64,000 nucleotides of DNA, from contig NC_043010.1 in assembly GCF_006345805.1 (NCBI RefSeq), forward strand, positions 6,014,001 to 6,078,000, written 5' to 3'. Below, one piece after another: positions 48,038 to 62,383 of this stretch (the first letter of the stretch is position 1; each line of letters opens with the position of its first letter). The notes under the pieces were generated by a model. That model made no database searches and was not told the origin of the DNA. It worked only from the letters and a program-made list of their open reading frames with translations. This stretch comes from Octopus sinensis. Lineage: Eukaryota. A program made the translations under genes and the position numbers.

Positions 48038-51000
48038 TTAATGTTCATTGTCTCCAGTATATATCTACAAAATTACTATCTCTTGACACAGACTACTATA
48101 ACTGTTGAATTGGCAATGATTAAAAAAACTTAGATAAAGAAGAAAATAAGACTCATATCAAATAATTTAGCTTGCCAAGTTCAATGAGGATATGAATAAC
48201 ACTGTGTAACAAAATTTTAAATTTTTTCTGTCTTTGGTCATTAATTATTATATCCTAATTGCTTCTATCTAGAAATCAAATGAAATGACTATTCCCTTCA
48301 AACTTTGCTTTTGACATCAATGTTTTCAAACGCACTGATTTTCCATTACATTTCAGACACATTCTTCACTGAGTGGCTGAAACAGAAATATCTTTACAGC
48401 AAATGTTCTGCTCAATACCACAGGTTTGCTTCTCAGTTGTTTGGCCTTGACCGCTTGAGCATATCTCTTAGTGGCATATCTCGTATTCAATATATATTTG
48501 TAGGTTCTGAATTTCTATTGCAGCTCTTACATGGTGTGATTTAATAGTAATACAAGTGAATATCGGTAAAGATTGTAGTCAGAGAAATGGTGGATGATGT
48601 CTAAGAAGATATACTACTATAGGGGATCACTTGATTGAGTGGTGACTTACTGAAATCGAAGAGGTTGATCTATTTATAACATCATTTACTACAGCTTCAA
48701 AATTTTTAGTAATCTTTAAACGCTACATAGAGATTACTGTCTTTGGTTGGAACAAAACTAAGATCTGCAAAAGCAACTGTGTTTAAGGAAGATTATCTAG
48801 AAACCATTTCTGCAATTGAATCTCAGATTTTGAGGTTCAAACTTCATCAAGGTAAAAGTATATGTTACTTTGAATATATCTTTACATTTTAAAGGCAAAA
48901 TTCTGTTTTTAATCTGTACAGAAGAAGCTGCATTTGAAATGATTAAAAATTAATATGCAAAATGACAAACATTTCATCTTACCTGATTGTTTTCTCTTGA
49001 AGCCTGATCATTCCATCTATAAGACATAGTTCTGCAGTGAATATTGTCTCTGTCTACCATTGGTTGTTGAAATTTTTCACATTTCTCTCCATTGTGTACT
49101 GAACTCCAGGAGGAACACAGGTAGGGTCAAATGTATACTTTGGTTGGATGTTTAATGTAGGTGTAACCTTGTGGTACATATCAACACTGTTGTTATAGTT
49201 GCTGTCTGTCTGCTTCAGTCTATGAACTATACAGATTGATATAGAGATCACTATAACAACTGATACGATCACAGCTGCTATAACAATAACAATCATCACA
49301 TTCAATTGGAGACCATTACTTGATTCTGTTGTTGTCTTTGAAGGGGCCTTAAATATCTTTGATGTGGTGTTACTAACTGTTAGAGTCAAAGACAAAGTTG
49401 TTGTCGATGACAGAACTGGACTGCCACTGTCTTTCACACCTAATTCCAGTTCATAGAATCCAGCATCATTTTGGTAAGTGAGCGAGAGAAAGATAAGACA
49501 CCAGAGTGATGGTTCATTTGAAATAAGTGTTTCTCATTACCTCTGAGTATTTCATATGTGAGGAAGGCATTGTGTTGGCTGTCTCTGTCAGAGGCCCTAA
49601 CAACTGTGATATCCTGGTCAGAGTGGGGATGGTAGTGGACATTAAGACTGAAAGGGTCAACATTAGGGAAACTGAAATAGGGAGCATTATCATTTAAATC
49701 CATAACCTCAACAACAACATTTGCTCTCTTCTCCAGTGATGGTGTTCCTTTATCTTTTACTAAAACCTTAAACTCATACACGTTCTTTTCTTCTCTGTCT
49801 AGGGACTCAGTTGTGGAAATGAATCCCACATCAGATATCTGAAATGGTAGAATATCTTTTCCATTAGATAATAGAGAATAGGTTAATTGTCCTCCGTCTC
49901 CAATATCTGGGTCTGTGGCATTGACATATCCAACAGGGAAGTCTTTGTGTTCATTTTCATAGGTGAGAAACTTAAATATGTCCTGACTAAACTGAGGTTG
50001 TACATCATTTATGTCAGTAACCAACACAGAAAACTGTTTCTCTACTTTCAATGGAGGTAAACCATTATCTTGACATTTAATGGTGAAATTAAAGCTCTTC
50101 TCACTCTCTCTATCTATTTCACTCTTGACAACAACTTTGTATTTCTCTGCAGATACTAAGATTAGCTGAAGGTATCTGTTTTGTAAATGACACTTCACTT
50201 GTCCATTTACTCCACTGTCATTGTCAGTAACTTTGACATAAGCAACAAAACTGCCAATTTTAGATGCTTCTGAGATTACTGTTTTGTTTCCTGCTGACTT
50301 TAAGATAAATTTTACATGGATTTTTGGTGGATTATTAAGGTAACTGATCCCTTTAATAAGGATGGTGGCTGTTGAAGACATAGGTATTTTTCCATTATCT
50401 GTGGCTTCAACTAACAATTTATGGATTTTTCCAAATTCAAATTCTTTCTTCACAAATAATTCTCCAGATGTCTGATTTAAAATAAAGAATTTCTTATCTT
50501 TATCTAAGGTGTCAGGACTGAATGTATATAGAATTTGTCCATTCGTACCCTGATCTACATCTGTAGCAGTTAAATTCAAAATAGGTTTATGCAAATTCTG
50601 TGTATCTTTTACTGTGACATTATAAATACTTTGGGAGAATACAGGTGCATTGTCATTCTTATCTCTTACTAAAATATGGATGGCCATATCTGCTTGTTTT
50701 GGAGGAGATCCCCCATCTGTAGCCATTAGAAGAAGATCATAATTTTTCTTCATTTCTCTGTCTAGTTTTCCATTCAGAATTAATTCTATTTTACTTTTCC
50801 GGTCAGAAATTTTTATTACCATTAATTGGAAAGTTTTATTAATATTATTCCTCAGTTCATAAGAAAGCTTTGAGTTCTGAATACTGACATCTTTGTCAAT
50901 GGCATTTAGAATTATTTCTTTTGTTCCTTTCAAATCATTTTCATCAAACTGTATATTAAAGTCTTTGTTGGGAAAAATGGGATAATTATCATTAACATCT

Positions 51001-51851
51001 TCTATCATAATTTTGATTTCTAATATCTTGAGAAAAGAATGATCATGGTGAACTGCTATTTCCAATATCCTGAAACATTCCACATTATATTGACACAGGG
51101 TTTCTGCATCCAATATAGCAGCTGTGTGCAGTTGTCCTCCAGGTGTAACATTATACAACTGAACACTTCCGTCGGTACCACCCTGGAGTATATTAAATGT
51201 CAGTTTGTTGTTATCATCTTGAGACTGTATATCATCCAATAAGTGTGTATCAGTGATAATATCTCCAATAAAGCTGTGTATATCATTGTTCTCTTTCACA
51301 TGGTAGGTATGATCCACACACCGGCAACAATCAGCCATCAACAACATCAACAATATTAAGGTAAACATCTCTTTAATTTTCTTCAATATATTCCACTGGT
51401 CTGAAATGGATATGTACATAGGAAATAGATATGGTTATACTCTTCTGATATAATTATATAAAAATAAATTATGCATACTGTAGTAAGGTCAAAGTAATCT
51501 TAACATTAAAAACAATTACAGAATATATTAACACTTTGAATATAATTATGATAATATAGAAGCTACAGTATAGAATACTGTTAATTACAGTTAATGTTAT
51601 GCAGTGGGAAAGAAATTGAAGTCCCATGGTCAAGAATTGAACTTGTTAACTATACAGTTATGCCTGCACCTACATTAAGCTTGCATACTCATTGCACAAT
51701 CTATAAATATTCTGTATTTTCCATTATTCATTAGTTAGTGTAGGGATGTCTAAAAACATGCATGCACACACAGTTTAAAATATAAGCATATAATCTTGCT
51801 TTGAAATGGAACTTAAGGAATCTAACAGAATTTCTCTGCAGTATGGTATAA

Positions 51852-52240
51852 TCTCTCTCTATATAAAGCTGAAGTTGTCTGTGTATGGCAGGTTTGGTAG
51901 CCTTCAACTAACACTATCTCCTCCGAGACCCTGCGGCGCAAGTTGGCCAAAATTGAGAGTATGATAGAAGTCTTGCTCTTCCTGCCATAGAAGAAAAAAT
52001 TTTAATCGGACCATGTTAGCACCAAAAATTATTTACATAAAAAAAGTCCTTTTTTTCTATGAAAATCCCTATTTTTTACGATTTTTTGACTGCTGTGTCG
52101 CCATTTTTCGGTGTATTTCAACCTGAAAAATGTTCACTTAAAGAGAATAACAAGCTACATAATGCAAAATTTTTACTTTTTAAAAATTCCAATTCTAAAG
52201 GGTCGAAACAAACCTGAGAAACCCCGGGCGATACAGGTAG
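51852..52240 (+). mobile_element. Non-autonomous Helitron, related subfamily
   Basis: Starts a|TCTCTCTCTATATAAAGCTGAAGTTGTCTG and ends cctgagaaaccccgggcgatacagGTAG|t. Confidence 0.6.
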
Positions 52241-52535
52241 TTAACAACACTGAACACCTTTTTAATCTCCATGTGTCTAACACACGTGGACATGCCTACA
52301 AAGTCAGAAAACAACACAGCTCCCATGACTTTCGGAAACATTTTTTCACGCTCAGAGTTGCTGAAGCATGGAATAAACTGCCTGCGTCAGTTGTTGACTG
52401 CCATGACACTGCATCCTTTAAGGCCCTCATGCTTTCCGAAATCCGCCGAAACTACACCTGATTATATATACACTTTAGATGAGTTGTAGTGCACCTGAGC
52501 ACTGTACACAATTATTATTATTATTATTATTATAT
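52241..52535 (+). mobile_element. CR1/L2-clade LINE 3' fragment
   Basis: Same C-terminal motif and (ATT)n tail. Confidence 0.75.
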
Positions 52536-52897
52536 AACGATTAGCTGTCACATGCACACAAGGGCAGGAAAGTATGACTGAGTAGGTTATACCATTTGTG
52601 TCATTCACCAGCAAGAATGGCTTCAATGCTTTCACTGACTGTTTTAGGTGTCTATAAGCAAAAACAAACTACTTTTGGCTCTCTCATCCTTCACCCAGTG
52701 AAACATCAAAGATGTGACGGTTAGCAGAAGAAAGAACTGCACCAGTACTGAGTTGGTAATCCTCCACAGCTGAGCAGACTGGGGCAATAAGAAGTGACAT
52801 GATTTACTCAAGGAAAAAACTCACTGCTCAGTCCAGGATTTGAAACCCCGAGATCATGTGATAGTTTGCCCAACAGCCTAACCACTGGACCATGCAT

Positions 52898-52936
<39 letters not shown>

Positions 52937-54223
52937 CAGGTAAGGGTGAGTAGTTAAGAAGTTGGCTTCCCACCCACACGGTTTCAGGGTTAGTCTTACA
53001 ATATGACACGTAGGGAAAGTATCTTTTAATAAAGTCTAAGGCCAACCAAAACCTTGTGAGTGAATTTAGTAGACATCACCATCATCATCATCGTTTAACG
53101 TCCGCTTTCCATGCTAGCATGGGTGGGACGATTTTGACTGAGGGCTGGCAAACCAGATGGCTGCACCAGACTCGAATCTTGATCTGGCAGAGTTTCTACA
53201 GCTGGATGCCCTTCCTAATGCCAACCACTCCGAGAGTGTAGTGGGTGCTAAGAAAGAAACCTGTCCTATGTTTGTGAGTGTGTGTGTGTGAGTGTCTCCT
53301 GGTGTTGCCAACACTTGATTCTTGCAGATGAAGGTTATTTAGTTACCATATTCTGCAAAAACATGTCTGGCCTTGGGAAAATATCGCCTTGCCTAGAAAC
53401 GGATAATGGTTAGCAACAGGAAGGGTGCCCAGTCGGAGGAAAATCTGCTTAATTGCAATCTATCTGAACCATGCAAGCATAATAAAAAAGATCTTAATGA
53501 TGGTAATGACAATAAAGATGATGATTGTGGGTGGGGAAGGGGGGGTGTTTAGAAAAAATAAAAATTAAGAAATTCACAGTCTCGTCCTAAACCATAATCT
53601 TGACCCTTGAATAAAATTTTCTTGGTGGTTCAAGATTGTAAGACTTGTCCCAAAAAAGTTTACGAAATAATTTACTTTGCATCGTGAAATTTTTCTATTT
53701 ATTTTTTTCGAAAGCACTAATTTGTACCGAATTTACTATTTCACTAAGAATAGCCTCCCTTGTTCCCAGCTTATTTACACTCTGTTCTAATAATAGAATA
53801 TGATGAAAATAAGACATATCAAATTTACAATGCAGCATGGAAATTCGATTATCAAGTATATATATATATATATATCTTATGATATCCTATTATTTTACGT
53901 TAACATCCTGACTAAATATGGTGCACAATATTATAAAGATATTTTGAAAATTATAATTATTAAATACATCTGTAAGTGATAAAGTTCTACATCAGAATAT
54001 TTCTTAACACCAACGTTATATATTTGTAATAGGTAAAGCAGGTGACAAGGAAAATTAAGTCTTTACTTAAATAACATGAGGATGTGGAAGTCACTAAACT
54101 TATTTTTATTGTTGTTTCTTGGAGAGAGAGAGACAGATAGACAGAGAGAGAGAAAGAAAGAGAGTGTTATAAATGTCTAAATAAATTATTTAAGGATAAC
54201 AGAAGCTTTTAAGAAATACTTAC

Positions 54224-54470
54224 CAAGTTGCTTATACTTCTGCCAGTTGCTTCTACAGTTGTAACTGTATTGTTCCAGTGTTCTGGTAACGAAGTTGTAA
54301 TAATAGTAGGAGCTTGGTATGTGACACACACTGTTACATAGTTCTATGAAGTTGGTTGTGTAGTATGTAATGTGTGTTGTGGCCAATGACAAGCTGTCTT
54401 TTATTCCAATGCAAGGAAACGGAAATATAGCCTCCAACTTTTGCAGTTAATGATGGGCTGACTCACAGAC
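54224..54470 (-). promoter_or_regulatory. Conserved promoter cassette + leader exon of gene 5
   Basis: ggCCAATgacaagctg from 54381, TGACTCA at 54459-54465, donor at 54224/54223. Confidence 0.78.
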
Positions 54471-55626
54471 AAGTTTACTTCCCCCCCCCCCCACACACAC
54501 ATACATATACATAAGTGTGTGTGTGAACATATGGAGTATATAATTTATAAGTATGATTTATGAAAACGTTAGTGTGCTGAACATTGTGGTCAAATACTAA
54601 ATAAATGCTGAAAAATATTATTATGAAATACTTGAAAGTATTTTAATTATCAATGAAAATAATTGCTATTTCACGATTTAAGTAAAAGTTATAAAGCTTT
54701 TTATAAATCAAGTTTTTAATTTTCTATTGGCTTGACAACTTTTTACTCACCAAATCTACAATATCAATTTTTAAATATTTTTAGAGTAGTTTATCTCATT
54801 ATTAAATTACTGAAATACTTATAAAATTGTAGATTATATTAAAAGTGGCATGCTTATAGTGAGAATATGAATAAATGGAATATCTCAAAAACAGATTTTG
54901 CAAAAGAATTATATCCTTAGAAGTTTGCATCTTTCTGTACAATTAAATTTTTTGGTCCAAATTCTATGTCTATGACGATTTTAACATATTTTGCTGTTTT
55001 AAATTCGTTAAACAAATGCATGTAAAAAAATATATATTTAGCTCTGTCTATTAATTGATTTATCATGTGTGATTTTGTTAGGACAAGATTAACGAAGAAA
55101 GATAAAAATTTGCTTTTTTTTCTAATGAAATATTACATCACTTCTTAAAATATTTGTAATGGAAATTAATAAAGATGTGCTTTGTGTTATCTCATAATCA
55201 GAAACTATTTCATTATAAAACTTGAGTTCGGGGAACACATCTATCTCATCTCTGAAATGTTTCCATAAATTGTTGCTTAAATTGCTCTAATATCAATTAT
55301 TTAAATTACAATTATAACAATTGAAAACTAGACAGTTGAAGATTCATTCTCTTTAGTAAATATCCAACTCAAAATAGTAACTTAGAAAAAATTCTATTTG
55401 TATTAAAATTATGTCTTACGAGAAATTTCCTTTCTAGACAAAAATTGTAATTGTAAGCCATTACAGAATAAATAGTTCGCTATCACGACCCGAAAGATAA
55501 ATATGGATATATACCATGTGTTTGCTTCAGTTATGTAAATATTGTGATAGATTTAGTGCCTTAAAGATGCATGCAGTTAATCTCAAACTTGCATCTACCA
55601 CATCAGCTAAAACTATAAAAAAAATT

Positions 55627-55870
55627 ATGAAACTGAAAGAAGCCTGTCGTATATATGTATGTGTATGTATGTGTATCTGTGTTTGTCCCCCTAGCATAGC
55701 TTGACAACCGATGCTGGTGTGTTTACGTCCCCGTCACCTAGCGGTTCGGCAAAAGAGACCGATAGAATAAGTACTGGGCTTACAAAGAAATAAGTCCCGA
55801 GGTTGATTTGCTCGACTAAAGGCGGTGCTCCAGCATGGCCGCAGTCAAATGACTGAAACAATTAAAAAAG
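55627..55870 (+). mobile_element. SINE family A, 5'-truncated
   Basis: Begins at gaaactgaaagaagcctgtcg and follows the family 3' body. Confidence 0.75.
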
Positions 55871-55997
55871 AAAAAAGAAAAAGAAAGAAAAAAGATTCTT
55901 AATAACATTTTCATATTTAAACAAATTGCCTATTAGTATTTTTCAAGCACTTTAGGTATTGTTTTGTTTGTTTTCATTGTTTTTGTTAAGTATGGTG

Positions 55998-58900
55998 TTA
56001 GTTGTTTAGTGTTGTCACAGGAGGTACTGGAGGTACCCTTGGCAATGTTTTTACCTTTGGTACAGCTGATAGAGGTACTTTACTACTTGAAGTAAAGTCG
56101 TTTGTCCTTGCTACCGTAGATGGATGTTTAGCTATATTCGATGTGGTCCCAATTATAGTCAAGGGTATTTGATTATAGGAAGAGTCCATATCGGCGTCTG
56201 GTTGAAAGGGATAGCCATTGTTATCTCCCTTTGATCTGTTCAGTGTGTGTGGAAGTCGATTTCTCCTAATCCATGTGAGATCACTTTGGTAACGGCACAG
56301 ATCTAAAAACAGTTACATTTAAAGATTATAATGCAATTTGAGTATTGTACCAAAAAATGAAGGATAAATTCTAAGAGTACATTCTTTATCTTGACATAAG
56401 AACTAAAGGGCGTTTGTGTGTGTATGCACGTATACATTGAGATGTACATAACTAAATATTTTTCTGCCTTACAACTGATATCACAGAAAGGAAAATGTGC
56501 TTTAGACAAAAAGCTTTGATTTAAAAAGAACTTCAAAAATGTTATCATTAAAATAAAGCAACAGTCACGGAAATGGAAACAAGAATTTATCACTTACCTG
56601 GTAGTTCTTCATAATGTCCAGCACTACCGACACTCCATCCATGACCACTATCATTATGAGATGATAATGTTGACATTTCACTAAATTGGTCAGCACTGTT
56701 TAGTTCTCTATAACCTGGATACATGCTCTCTTCTCTTGGAACAAATACCTAAATTTTGAGATGCCATAATGAATAGGAAATTTGGAAGAAGACAACAAAA
56801 ATTTATTAAAAACACAACTCATGGAAAAACAGGAACCAGCTGATATAAAGTTCCTTAAAGTAACTTTAGTCAAATTTCACTTAATCAATCATTATTCAAC
56901 CTGTCATTATATGCTTTCTGTTAAGGCAGTGAGCTGGCAGAATCATTGGCACATCGGACAAAATACTTAGTGTCCTTTTATCTGTCTTTATATTCTGAGT
57001 TCAAATTCTGCCTTTCATCCTTTCAGGGTCGATAAATTAAGTACCAGTCACGCACTGGAGTCAATGTAATTGACTTAATCCCTTTGTCTGTCCATGTTTG
57101 TCCCCTCTATGTTTAGCCCCTTGTGGGCAATAAAGAAATAAGAAACTTTGGAAGCCTGTCATATGTGTGCGTACCTTTGTCTCTTACTGCAACTTGTATC
57201 GGTTTATTTACATCCCCCAGCAAAAAATTACCTGACTTAAAATTAGTACTAGGGTTGATTACATCTTTCAAGGCTGTACCTCAGCAGTATGGAGTATCCG
57301 GAACTATTATTATTATTATTTCATTTTTCATGAGCGCATAACAGATTAGACTGTTGGAAAAAAATTCCTAACATTGGTCTACAACAAGTAACGTCAGATG
57401 CCACAAACCTTCCTAAGGATCCTAGCTATCCTCAGTAATACTGTTTTCTGAAGTTGTACTAAAGTAGGTTTTATGTGTTCCATTCTTTTGGAGTCGATAA
57501 AATAATTGTTGAACACTGAGATCGCTGTAGACATCTTATCCTCTGACCCAAAATTACTAATTTTCAGCCAAAATTTGTAATCATTATTGAAGGATATATT
57601 TTTTATTTTGATTCTGCATAAAATAGAAATCATCACAATAATATAAAATGTTTTGTTTATAAAGAATGAGTTTAAGTTACCAAAGAAATCATTCAACAAT
57701 AAATATCCTGTGGTACAAAAGTGACATTTTTGTTGTTATATAATTACCATTATAGGAGTGGCTGTATGGTAAGTAGCTTACTTACCAACCACATGGTTCT
57801 GGGTTCAGTCCCACTGCGTGGGACCTTGGGTAAGTGTCTTCTACTATAGCCTTGGGCCGACCATAGCCTTGTGAGTGGATTTGGTAGACGGAAACTGAAA
57901 GAAGTCCGTTGTATGTATGTATATATATATGTGTGTGTGTTTGTGTGTCTGTGTTAGTCCCCCCAACATCGCTTGACAACCGATGCTGGTGTGTTTACAT
58001 CCCCGTAACTTAGCGGTTCGGCAAAAATAGACCAATAGAATAAGTACCAGGCTTACAAAGAATAAGTCCTGGAGGTCGATTTCCTCGACTAAAGGCGGTG
58101 CTCCAGCATGACCGCAGTCAAATGACTGAAACAAGTAAAAGAGTTAAGAGTATTATCTTCCATTCAGATTGTTGTTAATCGAAATATTGAGAACATTTAA
58201 TAAAATATAGTACACACACACACATGGGATTTCTTTCATGCAGTTTCTATTGGCCAAATTCACTCACAATGCATTGGTCAAACTAGGCTTCAGTAATTAA
58301 TACACATATTTCAACATTATTAAATAGCTGACAAATATTTTACCTGTTGATGTGTTTCAATGAAAGCTGGTTTACCCCATCCATCACTGCAGTGAACACC
58401 TTCCATATCCATCATGGGTTGTTGAGATTTGCTCATGTTTCTCTCCAATGTGTACTGAATACCAGGAGGAACAAATATATATTTCGATTGGGTGTTTAAT
58501 GCAGGTGTAACCTTGTGGTACATATCAACACTGTTGTTATAGTTGTTGTCTGTCTGCTTCAGTCTATGAACTATACAGATCGATATAGAGATCACTATGA
58601 CAACTGATATGATCACAGCTGCTATAACAATAACAATCATCACATTCAATTGGAGACCATTACTTGATTCTGTTGTTGTCTTTGAAGAGGTCTTAAATAT
58701 CTTTGATGTGGTGTTACTCACTGTTAGAGTCAAAGACAAAGTTGTTGTCGATGACAGAACTGGACTGCCACTGTCTTTCACACCTAATTCCAGTTCATAG
58801 AATCCAGCATCATTTTGGTAAAGTGAGCGAGAGAAAGATAAGACACCAGAGTGATGGTTCATTTGAAATAAGTGTTTCTCATTACCTCTGAGTATTTCAT

Positions 58901-60719
58901 ATGTGAGGAAGGCATTGTGTTGGCTGTCTCTGTCAGAGGCCCTAACAACTGTGATATCCTGGTCAGAGTGGGGATGGTAGTGGACATTAAGACTGAAAGG
59001 GTCAACATTAGGGAAACTGAAATAGGGAGCATTATCATTTAAATCCATAACCTCAACAACAACATTTGCTCTCTTCTCCAGTGATGGTGTTCCTTTATCT
59101 TTTACTAAAACCTTAAACTCATACAGGTTCTTTTCTTCTCTGTCTAGGGACTCAGTTGTGGAAATGAATCCCACATCAGATATCTGAAATGGTAGAATAT
59201 CTTTTCCATTAGATAATAGAGAATAGGTTAATTGTCCTCCGTCTCCAATATCTGGGTCTGTGGCATTGACATATCCAACAGGGAAGTCTTTGTGTTCATT
59301 TTCATAGGTGAGAAACTTAAATATGTCCTGACTAAACTGAGGTTGTACATCATTTATGTCAGTAACCAGCACAGAAAACTGTTTCTCTACTTTCAATGGA
59401 GGTAAACCATTATCTTGACATTTAATGGTGAAATTAAAGCTCTTTTCTCTTTCTCTATCTATTTCACTCTTGACAACAACTTTGTATTTCTTTTCAGACA
59501 CTGAGATTAGCTGAAGATATCTGTTTTGTAAATGACACTTCACTTGTCCATTTTTTCCACCGTCATTGTCGGTAACTTTGACATAAGCAACAAAACTGCC
59601 AATTTTAGATGCTTCTGAGATGAAAGCTGTGTTTCCAGTTGACTTTATAACAAATTTGATATCAATGTTTGGTGGATTGTTAATGTGACTGATTCCATTT
59701 ATTAGAATGGGAACTGTTGAAGACATTGAAGGAATACCATTATCTCTGGCTTCAACAAATAATTTATAAATTCTTCCAAACTGAAATTTTTGCTTCAGAA
59801 ACAACTCTCCTGTTGCTTCATCCAACTTAAAGCATTCTTTTATTTTATTTGGTGTTTTGGCATTACTAAAGATATAAGAAATTCTTCCACTTTCTCCTTC
59901 ATCTAAATCTGTTGCAGACAACCTCAGAATAGGTTTGTTTATTCTGTGCGTACCATTTACAGTAACATTGTAGATATTTTGCGAGAAAACAGGGGAGTTA
60001 TCATTTTTATCTTCTACCAATATTTGTATATGAAATATACTTTCCTTTGGTGGTGATCCTCCATCTCTGGCAATTAATAGTATATTATATACATCTTTTT
60101 TCTCACGATCCAAGTTACTTTCCAAAATTAGTTGTAATAAATCAATTCCATCTGATTTCTTAGAAACAAACAATTTGAAAGGAATATCTTCATCTGCTTT
60201 CAGTTGATAAGAGAGTTTAGAATTCTGAACACTGAAATCTTTGTCAATAGCATTGGGAAGTGTTTCTGTCGTTCCTATCAAATCATTTTCATCAAATTGT
60301 ATTTTAAGTTCCTTTTTTGGAAATATAGGATAATTATCATTGACATCTTCTATCATAACTTTGATTTCTAATATCTTCATAAAAGAATGGCCTTCTTGAA
60401 CTGCTATTTCCAATATCCTGAAACATTCCACATTATACTGACAAAGAATTTCTGCATCCAATATGGAAGCTGTGTACAGTTGTCCTCCAGGTGTAACATT
60501 AAACAACTGAACACTTCCGTCAGTAACACCCTGGATAACATTAAATGTCAGTTTGTCGCTGTTATCCTGGGACTGTATATTATCCATTAAGTGTGTATCA
60601 GTGACAATATCTCCAATATAACTGTGTACATCATTGTTCTCTTTCACATGGTAGGTATGGTCCACACAAAGGCAGCTCTCAGCCAACAACAACAGCATCA
60701 ACATTAATACTGGAAACAT
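55998..60719 (-). CDS. Pcdh: Protocadherin gene 6, about 943 aa; coding exons 60719-58344, 56748-56598, 56302-55998
   Basis: Acceptor TTTCAG|ATT at 60726, ATG at 60719, donor CAG|GTAAAA at 58344, a 151-nt exon and a terminal exon starting DLCRYQ; frame open. Confidence 0.92.
56925..57140 (+). mobile_element. SINE-like family C (related: head at ~26503-26575, minus-strand copy at ~36130-36310)
   Basis: Shared gagctggcagaa head and gcctttcatcctttc.gggtcgataaattaagtacc core across the copies. Confidence 0.55.
57753..58151 (+). mobile_element. SINE family A, full copy
   Basis: Same head, body and tail. Confidence 0.8.
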
Positions 60720-62383
60720 TTTGAATCTGAAATATAATTACATGCTGATATTCACAAAGAAGAATTTAATAAATGTAGATAAAATACATCTTAACATTTA
60801 GTCCCGTAAATCAATCACAAGTCAAATATAATTCTCAAACTATTAAAATCAACCATCAACATTAAACATAAAAGTGAAGACAGAATTATGATTCTTTAAT
60901 AAAATTTGATTAAATTCTTTGGAAATGAAAGTATATCTGAATAAAATTATATTTATGTTCTTGCCCTCTTCTTTTTAATAGCAGTATGTCAATGATTGTT
61001 TACTTGGTTAACATACCAGATTTACATAATTGTAAGTAAAATCACAGTTTGACACTGGGAAATATTATTTGACCACACTCGTCAACTTTCCAACTCATTC
61101 ACCCTGTGTCACTGTCTAGCCCACTTCTTTTATGTTCAACTTCTAAGGGTACATCTTCACACCTCATCACCATCTTTCCCTTTCTAATTGGAGTAATCAT
61201 GTATCTCCTCTACAAGACACCTATTTTTATCTCTTTATCATATTTTAATTTCTTATCACCTGGCATGTAACCACTTCCCTCAACACATCCCAGTCAGCTC
61301 CACGGTCCTGTATTGCCAGTTTACACTGACCTAACTAGTGATAGTGCCACATAAATGCACCCACTACACACTGAAATGGCTAGAGTATCCAGCTGTAGAA
61401 ACCATACTACAGCAGAGACTGGAGCTTGACGCAGTACAACTCGCTGGCTCTTGTGAAACTGACCATTCAATTCTGGCATGGAAAATGAGATTATAATGTT
61501 AATAATAATATCTGTAACAGCGAAAAATACCTCAGGAATGAGAACCCAGGTTCGAAATTTCCCCAAGATACCTGAAGAAGGCTTGAAGGTATATCAGCCG
61601 AAAAGTTGTGTTAACAACAAACAAGATGAGGACAAATATCCATCAAATGTAAATAATGTACGTATAATGGAGTCATTAAGAGTTACTGTTGCTGTTTAGC
61701 CCCAGGTCAGCAAGAACGAACAGATCTATGATCCAAAACATTCAAGCTTTTAGAAAATTTGAAAAATACACTATGTTACGTGACATTCTGTTTCTCAAGA
61801 CTGGGGGATATGATTCGAGGGAGGTTTGACTGTCATCTCTAACAGGTCAATCAACAGCCTAAACAACTTCCTCATTAGTACGTTAAGAGTAACCTCCCTT
61901 GCTAATAAACCCTACGCAATCGCTCATTCATAAAATGAATCAGTCTAAAGAAAATAGAATAGTGAGCATTTCACAATATTGAGCAAAAAGTTCGTTAAGA
62001 ATTCAACTAATATAATCTACATCTTGCCATTATCATAATTATATCCTGTCGTTATTAACTTAAACTATTACTATATAGATGACAAAACTGAGAATACTGA
62101 AGAAAGAAATATGTATTCAAAGAATGTAATTGTTATATAGCTGTTAAAATAACAATAAACAGTTTTTTTATTTTTTAGAAACGTCCAAGCTTCAATATTT
62201 GTAGAAAATGTATTGGAAATAATTAAGTAAAAGACGTTTGAAAATAACATTGTAATACAGGAAGTACTAATCTGACTTATACATTGATGTAGTATTTCCT
62301 GGATTGTAGGTTACTGGTAGAGAGATGAACAAATATCTGAAGAACCAATTTACACAACAAAATAACTTTTAATAAATACTTAC

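Larger units (their letters stand above)
46507..51368 (-). pseudogene. Pcdh: Protocadherin gene 5 with two 1-bp deletions in the large exon (pseudogene or assembly indels); exons 51368-48983, 47607-47457, 46802-46507
   Basis: Plus-strand ttggtAAgtg at 49476-49477 versus ttggtAAAgtg in all paralogs. A second 1-nt loss at ~49070-49077. The exon is 2386 nt, two short of an in-frame 2388. Promoter cassette, splice sites and tail exons are present. Confidence 0.75.

Noticed and set aside
57395-57480. LQKTVLLRIARILRKV resembling the C-terminus of R2/R4-type non-LTR elements; RTE-like end at ~46310-46450
   Set aside because: Fragments too short to support as features without a database search.
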